The notes under the pieces were generated by a model. It worked only from the letters and a program-made list of their open reading frames with translations, ran no database searches and was not told where the DNA came from. A DNA stretch of 63,127 bases, counting the filler, from Choristocarpus tenellus KU-1152 (lineage: Eukaryota; Protista; Phaeophyceae), in the NCBI GenBank assembly GCA_964200185.2. It is 7 parts of 7 records of this genome, joined end to end, with 100 filler letters (N's around TTAATTAATTAA, not from the genome) between each part and the next. Parts side by side here need not be neighbours in the genome. Positions count along the whole stretch, not along the records: positions 9,892 to 34,782 come from CAXNAD020000196.1; 6 more parts are not named here. One strand, 5' to 3'. A program made the translations under genes and the position numbers. Shown in pieces: positions 13,001 through 26,137 of this stretch (its first letter is position 1; every line of letters starts with the position of its first letter).

Positions 13001-16000
13001 TTGCACTATTCTTACTATTTTTTTAATGCCAACCTCCCCCCCTACATATACAGGGACCAATAGCAGTTAAATGGTTGAGACCGATCTACATGAACATTCA
13101 CAGAGCACATCAAGTCAGTTTTGCTTTTCAATACAAAAATGTAACACTATTGTTTCTGAGAAAATTCTTGGTGGTCTATGATATGTCGCTTCGAGTAAAG
13201 GTGATACACATTGCACATATGTTCTGCTTGATTATGTCACCTATGTTCTTAGATATTGGTGTTTCAGATACATTCAGCCTCTCTTACCCTCACAAACTAG
13301 AGAGACAAATCAAACTCATCATTATCTGTCAGACTCTTTTAAGCATCCTAATTTCACTCCTTGTCTGACCTGACCTGGCCTTTTGCATAGAGCACAGCTG
13401 CGGAACCCTTGGTGGGAGCAGGAACTCTTCAAAACCAGTTTGTTGTCTTTGAACAGATGGTTGCAAGGCACCCCAAGATCTGGGTGCCAAATATGAGCAC
13501 AAAGGATATGTTCGCCAGAGCAGTCAATTGGGTAAAGTAAAACTGCTTTGAGTGCTTTGTTACGTGATGCTTTGCTGTTTACTTTCTATTGACTTGAAGA
13601 TGCTTCTCAACTCAAAGTGCCAGGCCCTCAGATTAGGAGAGATGGAAAGCGCCAGAGATGTGTGCAAAGATCAGCAGTGCTTGGAGCTTAGAGTACAGGG
13701 ATGTGTGTTGTTGGTTCCTCTGCACATTTTTGTTTTGTTCTTTTGCGTTGTGGTAAAACTACCGCGTGAGGTGTGCAGACTTTACAAATGAATAAGTCTT
13801 GCCCTGCAGTCACCATTTTTCTGGCTGAACCTACCCGGAGGTTAACCCCCCAGCCCTCCTGTCAGTGTGATACATTTTTTTACGAGAAGCACAAGCTCCT
13901 TTGGAAGTGACTTTTGGAAGTGCCTTAGGAAAGTATTGAAGCAGAAGAAACATGATGACAACTCAACCCCTCTTCCCAAAACCCATCGATTCCGTCGCTG
14001 CTTCCCAACCCCTTCCCACCTCTTGAGATGTAGGTGCGTTCAAGGGGCTTCACTGTATTTGGTGAGCCGTACATGATACCTGGAGCGGACATGTTCAACC
14101 ATGATCCCGACCACCAATCAGTTCAGTTTGCAACTGATGAAGATGATCATTTCATCATGCAGACGGTGAGTCCAGAGAACACATGTTGTGTGTCTGACTT
14201 GGTATTGGAATGGAAGTCTATGTTCGGGTTTGATCATCAGTTGAGGGTGCAAGGATGGCAAGACAAATTTAGGTATTTCTGTTGAAATGGATACATGCAC
14301 TCCTTTGGATGCTCCAAGTTGTTGCACGAGAGCCTTGCAGCAATCTTTGAAGTTGGGTAAAACACTGAGTCGCCACTCAAGAAGGAAAGCCAGAGATTTG
14401 AGGATCGCCTCACGAGAGATCTTTTTTCTGAGAGATGCAAATCAGATTGCGCATAAAAATGTGTTGATCAATATGTACATACACCTTGTTTCTTTCTTTG
14501 AGAGCCCGGATGTTCTGCAAGAGGCCCCTGTCATGCAGGCAGGTTTCTTGCAGCGCAGGGGTCAGAATACTCAATGGTGAGACAACCACTGTCGTCTACA
14601 ATATGCTGCTATGCAGGCATTGAATAGAATTGCACCACTATGATAGCAAGTTGTTACAAATATATGCTGGGAGTAAGGGAAATTGCCTTGCAATCCCAGA
14701 CACTGTGTTGGGGGGGGTAGGAGGTCGACTATCTTCATAGGTCAGAGTGTAGGTAATTCAGGGCTTCGGCTCTCTAGTGTTGCCTGCTTGCTGTATTTTG
14801 AATGAAAAGTGAGCACTTGGTGCCCATGTGTGTTTGCTTTTTATCTTGGAGCATCAGTCAGTCATAAGCTGTTCAAGATTTAAAACCAAGACTCAAAAGA
14901 AACAGAAATTTTGGCTGTGCTGAGCAAAGTGGAAGTATCGAGAAGAAGAAAACCTGGTTCTGTAGTATCTGTAAGGGAGTTGGTTTTAAGGCCTGCAAGT
15001 GAGGTCAGAGGTACAGTCAACATGAACACAAGCAAACAATAAGGGAGGCAAGGAAAGGGGTGTGGGGGGTGGCACCTGCAAGGGTTGCAAGTTATTCCAA
15101 CTGTAGCTCATGGGGCAAGCTGAGAAGGCGAGGGCAAACTGCTTGTGGGGTTGGGCGGTGATAATATATGTCGCAGGTAAGGGTGTCAGTCAGAATATAA
15201 ATAGAGCAGGTTGTGTTTGACTGTTTTTTTTATTTTTTGAGCAAAGGTTTTGTCCGCAAGACTCAAAAAGTGACTTTTTGGTGGTCATTCGCCTTTTTCT
15301 TGAAAGTTAAAATGCATGACCGACTGATTCTCTGAAGGGGTCCTGATGTTTGAAAGTTTTTCGTAACTGCTGGCAATCCCTGCAAATTGTGGTTAACGAG
15401 GGAGGTTGATTGTTAGGCTGTGACTGTCTCAAGCATCCTCAATGCCCCGAAGCCGTAATTTGCTATCGCTGATTTGTAGGCCAAGGTGGGGGTTGTAGAG
15501 TTGTGTGCAACACGGGTCTGACTGCTCTCTGCTTGTTAGCACTGCGATTAGCATTGCACTTTGCTTCGACCGTGCAGCATGGTTGCATTGCCACGTCCCC
15601 CTTCTCTCTACCCCCCAGAATACTACATGCATGGAAAGACGAGTTGCGCACCCAGGTGGATACTCATTCGCTGAACTACTGCATAGGAGTTTGATGTTGG
15701 ATGTTGGTTAATTTTCACCCGGCAGTGGCAACAGAAGAAAGTAAGCAGGTTTATGTGCAGATTAGACTTTCAGCAAGAGACTGCAGATGAAGGACCGGCT
15801 GTTATTCCTTGGTGGTCCAGCGAATGAGCGATCGCCTGGGTGCGGAAACTCGCCACATTCTATGCATTTCGGGGAGCGGGGAGGGGAGGTGAGTGGCAAT
15901 GCCAGGCATGCTCTACCATAAGAGTGAAGAACAGCAGGCAGTGAAGTTGGGCATGCATGTTCGCCACTGGCGGCTTGTGAAGCATTCATGCAAGGAGAGC

Positions 16001-19000
16001 TGGATGTGCTAGTCTGTAACTTGGGGCACAGTCAATGAATAGAGTTTTGTTTGTGCTTTATGGTCCATGAAGTCGGTAAGCAAAGCTTATGTCTGCTGGT
16101 ATAGTTGGGTTGTAATATCTGTGCTCATGCCCAGCTCTTCAGATATTTTCTAAAACGCAAAGAATCTTCACTACAGATTTGCTCTTTCCCTCAGCAACTC
16201 AGCTATTTCATCTGTACCATACTCTACACATATGTCCGGTACTTGGGAAGTGAGGAAATCAGTGGGTAGGGGCAGTCTATCAGCTGAGTGAGGATGGTCT
16301 TCGTGGGGCGAGTTAGACAAGGGGCATGAAATTGGCTGGGTGACTTGATCGAAACACATGGGGATGCTCGTCTGTCATGGTAGACAACAGTGACGAGTAG
16401 TTAAGAGGTGCTGGCTGTGCAACAAGGGCATGTGTGATCTCTAGCTGTGGTGCAAGTTGATGCGTATACTGTGGTTTTTGTTGGACAACTTTGAAGGTGT
16501 CTGCCTTTTTGACTTATGCTTGTGGGTACTCTTCTTTTGTCCGATGGATTATCCCTCCACAAGAAATATGTAGTCTATCGGTGCTTGGGGCTGGCTGTTG
16601 CTTCTGGGATGCTCAGTTGTGACCTGTGTGTATTTGGTAGTGCGGATTGTGGATGAGTCTCAACTGAGGAATAAGGAAGGGGCAAAAGATCGACAGAGCA
16701 AGGATGTAGTCCGCCCCCCCTGGTGTAGAGGCGGTCCTGACCTTTAAAATGTTTCAAGGATGACCTTGCGAGGAGCTGTTTGGTTGCGGGGATCTTTACT
16801 GTGGTCTCTGTTTTCAATTACAGAAGACCCAAGGTTGCTGTCCATGGCGCCTTATAGTTATACTCAAGAATTTGGGTGTGTTGATTAGCTCCCACTCCTG
16901 GGATGACGAAACCAGGCTGGAAGAGATGAGTGGTGGAACTCTTCCTCACGGAAGACAGTGATGGACCATGAAGCTGGGACCCTTGGGATGGACCTGATCC
17001 TGGTCATTATTCCGCTGGTTGAGACTCAAGTGTAGTTATCTACAGAGACTTGGCTGTCTGCCACATTTTTATTCCATAGTAAGCTCCTGAGGCCTGTGTG
17101 TGTTTGCTCTTTTATTTGGAGGCATTGGCCAGTCATAGGCCATGCTTCTACCATCCATAGTGACTGAGGATGCCAAGCAATGAACAGATCGACTGAAGGG
17201 CAGCCAGCAGTTCTGGTCTCACATGCTTTCGTGGATTCAAGTCTTCTATTCACATGTGTTTCGAATGTTTTTCTCCTAACATTATCTTTTGCCTAGAACT
17301 CAACAGTGGAGTGATCATGCTTTCAACTCAGTTGTGGAAGGTTGAAATCTCTTCTACTGCCCTCATTCTGCTCATCCTACTTCCACGTGTGGTGACAGGT
17401 GCATCCAGTCAATGCAGGAGAGGAACTGTTTAGCAGCTTCGGGCACCTCTCCAATGCACAACTGCTGAACTCTTACGGCTTCATCCTGCCAGGGTATGCC
17501 CCTGACCTTAAGACTATCCTACTGATACTTTTCTCCTGGGTTTCATGCCCAGAAGAGCTACTTGTACTTGTGATTTTTGCATTGTGGTTCTTCTGTGTAG
17601 CTGACCTTTTCTCCTTACCTGAGTGGGATGGAGTTTGATTATAATTGTTCTGTTTTATAAGGTAAACTCACATCAATCGATAGGTTGCATCTAGAGTCTT
17701 GTCTACCAGAATTTCTGGGGCAATATTTTACCCTTCACTGCCCATCTTGTTTCTGAGCAGTTATTGCTTCGACAGAGTATATATTGATTCTGAATCCCTA
17801 AAGGTGAGTCAACACAATCTGCTAATTTGCAAGAGACCAAGTACCACTGTTCTCACTTCTTCCACCAACCTCTTATCCTAATTTTCTCAAATCAAGGAAT
17901 CCATTTGACACAGTACTAATTCCTCGGGAGCTGGTCATTGAATGTTGCCATAAAATTTTTATTAGCACTGAGGGTGGTTCATCTATGGAGGATGAGGCAG
18001 ATACAGTGTGGCAGCAGCGACTGTCTATGGTGGACAACTTGAGTGAATTTGCCCAAGCTGGAAGTGCCTTTCTTATCTCTAAGTATGACCTCTTACCAGA
18101 GGATCTTGCTGAAATGGTGCAGGTCAGACCGATTGAATGACTGGAGTGCTATACTATTGCTGTGCAATTTTGAAATTATACTCAGGGCCAACCTCAAGCT
18201 TCACCTGCTGTACGAAAGAAACTAGAATGAAACTTGTCAAGAGTGTATCATGCTACACACCACCTTATACAGTTTGAACAGCTAACTTTGTACTCCACCT
18301 CTTACATGCGCCAGATCCTCATCGTAAGCAGTGATCCAGAGGTGGTCTATGGAACGATTGCATCGATCGCCCAGGCAAAGTTAGGTCAATACAGCTCTGC
18401 TTTCAGGAGTGATGAGAGCACACATGCAAGTGCTGAGGGGGAGGAGGAAGTTGCAGTTCCTGGTGGTATGGCAAGGAGAGATGCTTTGAGCCTTGCAAGG
18501 ATGCTGGTGGCAGAGGAGAAGAAAATTCTCAAAGACTTGAGAGTGCAGCTCATGACAGAGGTATGAAAACCTTTACCAGTTGCTTTGCCTGGAGGTTTAC
18601 GGTGGATTTGTTATGCACCTACCACTCCTGTCACGGAAGTTACTCCCATGTATTCTTGCGGAATGTCAATGTTACCAGTGGGATAAAGACGGTGACCTTC
18701 ATGTTGGCACCTTGCTAGATGGTAAAGTGTTTCTACCATAGTACCCATACAATCCTATAACCTTGTCAGGTGGGATACTCTTGAGGCAAGTGCCGAAAAT
18801 TCTTGTTTTTTATAAAATGGAACCAAGTTTACATACTATCCTTCTGGTTCTGAAGCTGATGTGGTGAGTGTTCTCTCCATTCCCCCCTGTGAACGCACTA
18901 CCTTGCAGTCACATTATGCCACTTTAACAATTGATGACTTGCTCACCTTGGGTTTCAGGTTTTGGAAGGGAGCGATGAGGATGAGGATGAGGGTGATAAA

Positions 19001-19036
19001 GGTGCCAGTGCCAAGAAGCAGCGGACAGGACCATGA
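10097..19036 (+). CDS. SET-domain protein lysine methyltransferase-like, Rubisco LSMT/SETD6/RKM class (10 exons)
   Basis: Phase-consistent GT-AG exons 10097-10135, 10252-10341, 10560-10714, 11287-11461, 13391-13531, 14034-14165, 17399-17493, 17897-18122, 18315-18560, 18959-19036. Motifs GYRGVVAIRDIPKG, SPFHSYLSVLP, WVRSRGF, MIPGADMFNH, GEELFSSFG.LSNAQLLNSYGF..NPFD. Acidic tail ending in KKQR. Confidence 0.9.
15577..15915. repeat. Diverged inverted repeat pair (~110-bp arms) in SET-gene intron 6
   Basis: gcattgccac...cgagttgcgcacccaggtggatactcattcgctg (~15585-15675) matches the reverse complement of cagcgaatgagcgatcgcctgggtgcggaaactcg...gtggcaatgc (~15818-15902). Confidence 0.8.
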
Positions 19037-19554
19037 TGCTTAGATTTGCGAAAGATTGCCCAGGACTCAAAGCTCCAGCTACTCTTTGCCACTGCTTGGT
19101 CTGCTTCAGTCGCTGGAAAGCAGCATGAAGAAGCCAAGTAGGGACTTTTGAAGCCTGATTTAACACAGTACCTCGTCTTTGCTAGATTCAAGTAGAAACT
19201 GTGTTCCCTACTACACAACCACATTACACGTATCCCTCATCGTTTGTTCACAAGAAAGCACGCAAGGGGCACAATCTTTTACACCAAATATCATACAAGT
19301 GTGGATAAGATGCAGGGGTCACAGTCAACGCAAGACAAAAAGTTGACAATGGAAGGAGAGAAAAAAGCATGTGAAGTGCACTGGTACCTACTTTTGGCAG
19401 GAACTGTTTTTCAGCTACATATTTTTCCTCAGATACATGTTTATATATTTTGGAAGAAACAAAAGGTATCAAACCAGTCATGCTTCCCTTACATATCAAG
19501 CAGTGCCTTTCTATTACCTCCTCAGGGCAAAAGGTTAGATGGAGGATTCACCAC

Positions 19555-22500
19555 TCACTGTCTCTGATGATAACTTCTATCACCACTGTGTTGCCTATAT
19601 AATACATCCTTTTGCTCACCACTCTCATAGTACCCCAAGGTGTTTGGACTGCTCTCACCATTTCTCATTCCTATACTACCCCCTTGCTCTCTCATCCCCC
19701 CTTTCCCCTCATCTAAATGACTGAAGGTTCCATGAGCTTGTGAGTAGGGCAGGTGAATTGAGTTGTCGTTGGTTGCATATCTATTACCCCCAAACCCACT
19801 CCGTACAGATGTGTGTGTGTGTGTTGGAGAGAGATATGATTTGTACTGATTGTGAGAACTATCGTCTTGAATGGGGAGTTGAATTGCAGGGAGGTGCACA
19901 CTGTGGGGTGAGCCATGTATTTCTTGTGAGCCACTGTTGTACTGGCTCCGTGCTTGCTGTTGTTGGTATGGGGATGGAGGTTTAATGAGGAAGGAATTAG
20001 GCTCTGACCACTGACGTTGCAACTCTGAGGAGTGTGGCATTGAATTGGCATGACCTGCAAAAGCCTTCCTGCTCTCCCTGCATATTGGCAAAGGCAGAGC
20101 AGCAGAGGATTTTGAAGAAGGCAAGGACAATGTTTCGCTTGTTAGGGGGAGGGGAAAATATCAACACTTCTGTCATTTCTTCCCCTTGTTCTCCATGAGG
20201 GTCTCTGGTCAGTTTCGACACGCACGTGTACTTCATTCATCTCTTTCTGTTTATATTTTTCACAACATTTATTAAAACACCAAAATGTACCAGAAACAGA
20301 ATCCCTTGCTTTTCAACATCAGGAAAATATCCAAGTAACCGGTTGACTCTGATGTAGAAACTGCATGCCATGTGAGCCGCCAGAAGGGACAGGTATGTAT
20401 CTCTTCTCAACCTGGTACATTCAAAGAGATCTGTGTCCGCAGGCACTAAACCTTACCAACGTACCTGTCACTATCCCAGTCTCTCATAGATCTTTGATGT
20501 CTGACAGGGGGACCTGGGGTTCTAGCCCTTCGCTGAGGGCACAGGGCTATCTCATGCCCAGTATCTCCACAGTTGTAGCACTGACGAATTAACGATCTAC
20601 CACGGTTATCACCTTGTCCTTGTCCCGATAAACGTTTTCCCCTGTCAAACTTGGATTGCCTACCACTACCATTGCTCCTAGCAAACTTGCTCACATGTCG
20701 TCTATATTCACATTGCAGAAGATGACACACAGTGGACCACAAGGCAGGAGGGATTGCAATAAGGAAACATGGACAAAGGTAGAAAGTCTTTGTGGGGGGT
20801 TTGAACATGGAGAACGTGGATAAAATAGGGTTGAAGGATGAAATAAATCCTCAAAAGATAATTGCCTGAGAAATGAATGGGAAAAGAACTACATGGATTT
20901 ACTTGAAATAATTCACACGGTTTAGGTGTCAATAAAAGTACCTTACAACCTAAGTATGAGGTGACTATCCTGAGAATGTGAGTAAAAAAAAGTGTAATTT
21001 ATCTTTATATTTTCTATGCAAGTCTTAAACATCTTGCTAGTAAGATTACCTTTCAAAACCCTTCCATAACATAAATCCTTTTGAAGGTCTTACTGCTACT
21101 AGCATGTTTTACACACAAACTTAGACTCAGTTTTCTTTATTACTGGTGTGTGCTAAGGTATTCATTACCTTCCTCCGCCTTGCAACTCCGAGCTATCAAA
21201 TCGCTTCTCAGGGCAGATCGCACCATTGTGCCAGGACCTCCCACAGTTCTCACAGGTTCCAGTTACCATGTTTCCATGCATGCCCCTCACTTCACCCCCT
21301 ACAATCATGTAGTCCATGGATGCACAACAGGTGTGACCTTTCTTACCACAGGCAACACAGCGGGCATTTGGGCATACATTCTCGACAGGTGTACCATCAC
21401 TTGACACCTTTGACGGACAGGTCTTATCAGGGGAAATCAAGAAATCGGAGGTGGGTGGTAGGTAGAGGAGCAGGGGCATTGAGAGAGGGCATGGGGAGGG
21501 CAAGCGTTTGTCTTTCTGATTAATGTGTCGGGATCAGTAACATGAGGGGCTAGGATCCAGGAGCAAACATGGAAGACTGTTGTTGGTGGCAACACTCATT
21601 TCACTGTGGAAGCACTGAGATAAAACCAACACAAAGGATAAATGTATGAGATTTCCGGAATCCTGAACCTCCATGTGTGTTAAGTTGTGAATGGTAGCAT
21701 CTTGAGTACAGATTGGAGTCCCTCACATACCTCTGCAGTGTGGCCCACTGCACCACAAATGAAGCAGAGTTCAACAACAGGGGTAGTGGCCCTGTCCTCT
21801 GTGCACTCCTCCGTTGAGTGCCCAAACTCCATGCATACAAGGCAAGCTGAATGTGGACATCCCTGTGAAGCAAGGTTTGCAGCACAAGGGTGCATTGACT
21901 TACATGCAGCAGGTAAAGATGGAATAGGAATGTTTGATCCTCCCCCCCTCTGCCCTTCAAACAGCTGAGAGGTGTATACTGTTGCAGTGGGTGGCTCATA
22001 CTCACTGAAAGTAGAAAACGATCCATGATGTGCTAGTACAATACCAAAGACCTCCAGTCTTTCAACTTTGAACAGGTGACTTTCAACTCAAATGCACAGA
22101 CACATACAAGACACACCTCCTCAGTGTGACCAGACTCAGCACAGAGTATGCAAAAGGGAGTCTGGGGACATGCATTTTCCCAATGCCCCTTCGCCTTGCA
22201 ATTATTGCACTGTGGGACTTTTGCTGTCTCCACCTTAGCATCAGGGTTGATAAAATATCTTGGCACTTCTTTCTTCAAGGTCTTGTACTGCGATTTTATG
22301 GGGAAACATGGTGAGAACAGGGTAGCAATCAATGACTGAGGGAACAGGGAGCTCGGGGGTGCTACTTGATAAAGCAAGATCCAATGGGCTGAGACTAGTG
22401 GATTCAAGTACTTGACCAACAATTAGACCATCTCAATATAGAAGGTAAGCATAAGATGGCACACTGTTGGGTTTCTAGAGTCTATGGGGCAAGATAGGAG

Positions 22501-25500
22501 GGGCTAGCTACAATGTCACTTGGAGGAGGTTGGGAGACAAGAATAGTGTAAAACATTCAATTTGGGTGAGAGTATATTAAAGAACAAGAATTAGGGCAAA
22601 ATACTCTTTTACCCAGAGGGGTATTGGTTAGAGAGCTCTTTCAACAGTAATCGAAAGCAAACACAAAGTTCAGGACACCAAAGGCCATTCAAGCATTGTT
22701 ATCCCTTCTTTGGTCCATCAACCGTAAGGGAAATTGGACAAGGCATAACAAAAACACAGACAGCAACCCCTTTTCTTGAAAGACGCAACTTGATTGTATG
22801 TGGGAAGTGTGAGGGAACAGTAAAAGAACACCAACATACATACTGGAGGCAGATTCTTGACTAGAACCATATTAGTCTGGACGGTCACTGAATAATACAA
22901 AAAATTCTGGTTCTGCCAAGAAAAATATCAGAGGCCACTGGAGGGGGATAATGCTATGGATTTATCCTGAATGGAACAACTAATTCCAGATATGCACCAG
23001 CAACAGATTTTTCATAGCCATACATACCATACCACAGACAATACTCAAACACTGATGAACATGCTGGTTGAAGGGGAGAGGAAGAGGGTTCAGATGTGAG
23101 AGGTGCAACTTGAGGGAGTTGGGGATTGGAATGCATTGAGGTCTGTGATGGTGTTGAGTTGACACAGAAAATATCATACATCGGCAACAGTCTTAAAGCA
23201 GCACACATGTACTGCCACTCACATTGACAATATTCAGTAACAAAATTTGACCACAGGTCAAATCATTGAGGTAAGGAAGTATTAAGGAGAGGTCATCTAC
23301 ATTCCTTCGGGTACCATTGTGCCTACAATGTGCCTCAATGCTCTATCTGACTAGCCCTGTTCCCTCTCACCTGTACAGCACGAATTTCTCGGCCTAGAAG
23401 AGTCTCCCCGTTCACCATATCAACAGCCATTGCAGCATCTTTGCGATTCTTAAAGAATACAGTTGCACGACCGCTGGGCCTGTCCACACATATGGGAGGG
23501 GGGGGGTTATATGAGAGAGCAGTCGTATGAGACAGTCACCCATGTAAGGAATGGATAGGGTTATGAGGTGCAAGCAGAAGATGCAAACACAAAAATCTGC
23601 CTATAGCACAAGGGAACCACCACAAGCACAATTAAGCTAATAAACAGTACATCTCCAGTAATCTTCAGCTCAGAAAAAAATACCTCTTCATGAGGAAAAG
23701 TGTGCTTTGGGCAGCAGAAAACACATCAATCGAAACATATAGATTGTCTTCTTCCCTGCCCCTTCCTTAGAATTGTGAATCTAGATGGGTCGTGAGTCCA
23801 AGTTGCATTAACCTACAGGATAAATTAGAGGAGAAATGCAAAAACTTAGAGAAATCTGTTCTCCACATCACCAGCTACAGGCAGAAAGCTCCCCTATTTT
23901 GAAGCTTTTCTCACGTCTCATTAAAAATTTGTCAATTACTCACATCACCTTCCCCGTGATGGTGTCTGTCCATTTGCCAACCTTCATACTGACGACCTCG
24001 CCAAAAACAGCGAACGTCTTGGTCAGGATCTTCTCCTCACACATATTAAATGGCAGGTTTGACACGCTCATTCCCCCTCCAGCCAACACCCCCTTGCCTG
24101 GGGTGTCCATGTTATTCCTATCGATATCATTGCCCTCCCCTGGGCTCTCATATCCTGATTTCCTGTCCTGGCCAACAGAATCTTCCTCCGAATTACCTTC
24201 AGAATCTGTGTCGTCATCATCAGGTGCAATTTCACCACTATCTCCCTTGTCCTCTACAGCCCCTCCAGCTGCATCCTTCATGGCTTGCCCTTTCGCTTGA
24301 GTCTCTTTGTAAGAACGACCAAAGCTGCTGAGAAACTCATCATTTAGTGGTGCAATCTCAGGCACATCTGGCTCCTTAGACATTCTAAAATCGAGAGATT
24401 GGGAATGGGGCAGGTGGGGAGGGGGAGCTTAAAAAAGAGAATGAACTGTTCTTAACCTTTTGAGATAGGATATTCAGGGCACAACAATTGAAAAGAGACA
24501 CCTTACATTCCAGCAAACTACATTGCAAGGTCCAATCGGTGCCTACAGGAAAAAATCTTGGCATGTGTGGGAACTCTGCTCCTTGCCTGGGATTGATGAA
24601 CTTTTGAGCCCAGCTCGAGAGTTCCTTCTTTGCCACCTCTTTGACCTCGACAGGCGCCTCCACACCCACCATTACCCCCAATATGACCACATCATTCTTG
24701 TTGCCTGCTGTTCCAAACTTCGCGCTGAGCTTAGATTTGCTTTTCCTCTGCTTTTTCTTCTTTTTCTGCTTAGAAGGAATAGAGCTATCTGTTTCTGCAC
24801 CCGCTGATGCTCCCCTCACAGTGGCCACAGACAAACCCTCCCCATCTGATGCCTGCTGGACTACGGAATTGACATCACCTCTTCCCATCTCCTCATCTAA
24901 CTCGTCAACATCTATGATATCCACTTCTTCCACCGCTATAGCCATTGTCTCTTGTCGGTTCCTTTTTCGTCCATGAATGGTCACTCGTCGTGTGGGCGGG
25001 TCAGGTTGGGTATCCCTGTCCGACCCTGCACCAACGCTTGGGCTACTCCTGGTAATGCTAATTGCGTCATCATCTTCACTATCAACCACCTCTTCTATGC
25101 CAGAGTTGGTACTCGCTCCACTAGCACAAGGGTTTGCGTCAGGACCTTGATCGTCTGATTAAGAAGAGGAGGCATAAAGACAAAGGGATAGTGAAATAAG
25201 CTCCACAAATAGATACGCTATTAGTGGTTTCAATTGCTACAGGAGGCAGGGCGACAAAGTTCATCCATCTCCTGTATGTGTCGAGGTCTACAAGGTGCAA
25301 GGGAAAGGCTGCTGTGTGGTGGGCGACCTTCTCAGGACCAACGGTCCACTTGGTACTACGACTGGTGGCCCTACCTGAGCCGCCTACGCTGTCCACTCCA
25401 CGCAGCGAATAAGAATTGTACCCTAGGTTTTTGTTTCCATTCCATCCGTCATCAACATCTGACTGGTTTTGCATTAGATATTCCTTGGTCTTCTTCCTAT

Positions 25501-25504
25501 TCAT
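19555..25504 (-). CDS. RRM + multiple CCHC zinc-knuckle RNA-binding protein (Air1/Air2/ZCCHC7-like), 9 exons
   Basis: Exons 25504-25375, 25154-24587, 24384-23944, 23479-23371, 22287-22117, 21862-21731, 21422-21169, 20701-20465, 20137-19555 join in phase (intron 2 is GC-AG). RRM: VSNLPF...FAVFGEV...SGRATVFF...AAMAVDMVNGETLLGREI. An RYF motif precedes six Cx2Cx4Hx4C knuckles plus one atypical knuckle. Confidence 0.85.
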
Positions 25505-26137
25505 TTAGAAAAGGGAACGAGTGGAAGGTATGAAGGAAAATACGACAACTAGTTCGGGCACACCATACACCGGAAGAAAAATGCAACTCGGGAGGCTAAC
25601 AATACCCCTGTCACTCGATTGGCACCAGGACCTTTGACCATCATCACAGCAAAAAGACAGGTATGGTGAAGATCAAAAGGTTCGAAATTTACCGCATGCT
25701 CTCGCTTCACAATACAACATCGTAAGCATTTGCGAAGAAGGATGACGCTTTGCGCTCATATTAATCAATTTCTGAGGATCAGATCCCCCACCTTGACAAG
25801 TCACCTCCATCCTGCTCCTCAATTTCGAGACCGTCCCGGTCTTCGGAGTACGTGATTCGGCTCATTAAATGCTCCTAGATTCGTTCAAAGATTACAAACA
25901 GAGATCATTCAATGCGATAAGGCTTATCAGACTTATCCTGACATCTCATTCCCCTTCCTATTTTGTCCCATTGACTCAAAGGTTGTTGGGTTTCATTCGA
26001 TAAAACCCAATGTCAGATAGGGTACAAACAATTTCGTGGCAAAATAAGGTATAAGTGGGTTATGTTTTTGGAATAGTCACATGTTTAACTTGTCAACAGT
26101 TTGGAGGACGAGCTTTACTTTCTGCTAGCAGGTTTAA
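25505..26137. promoter_or_regulatory. Short divergent intergenic region (probable bidirectional promoter/5' UTRs)
   Basis: About 630 bp between head-to-head start codons of the zinc-knuckle gene and OTC. Confidence 0.5.
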
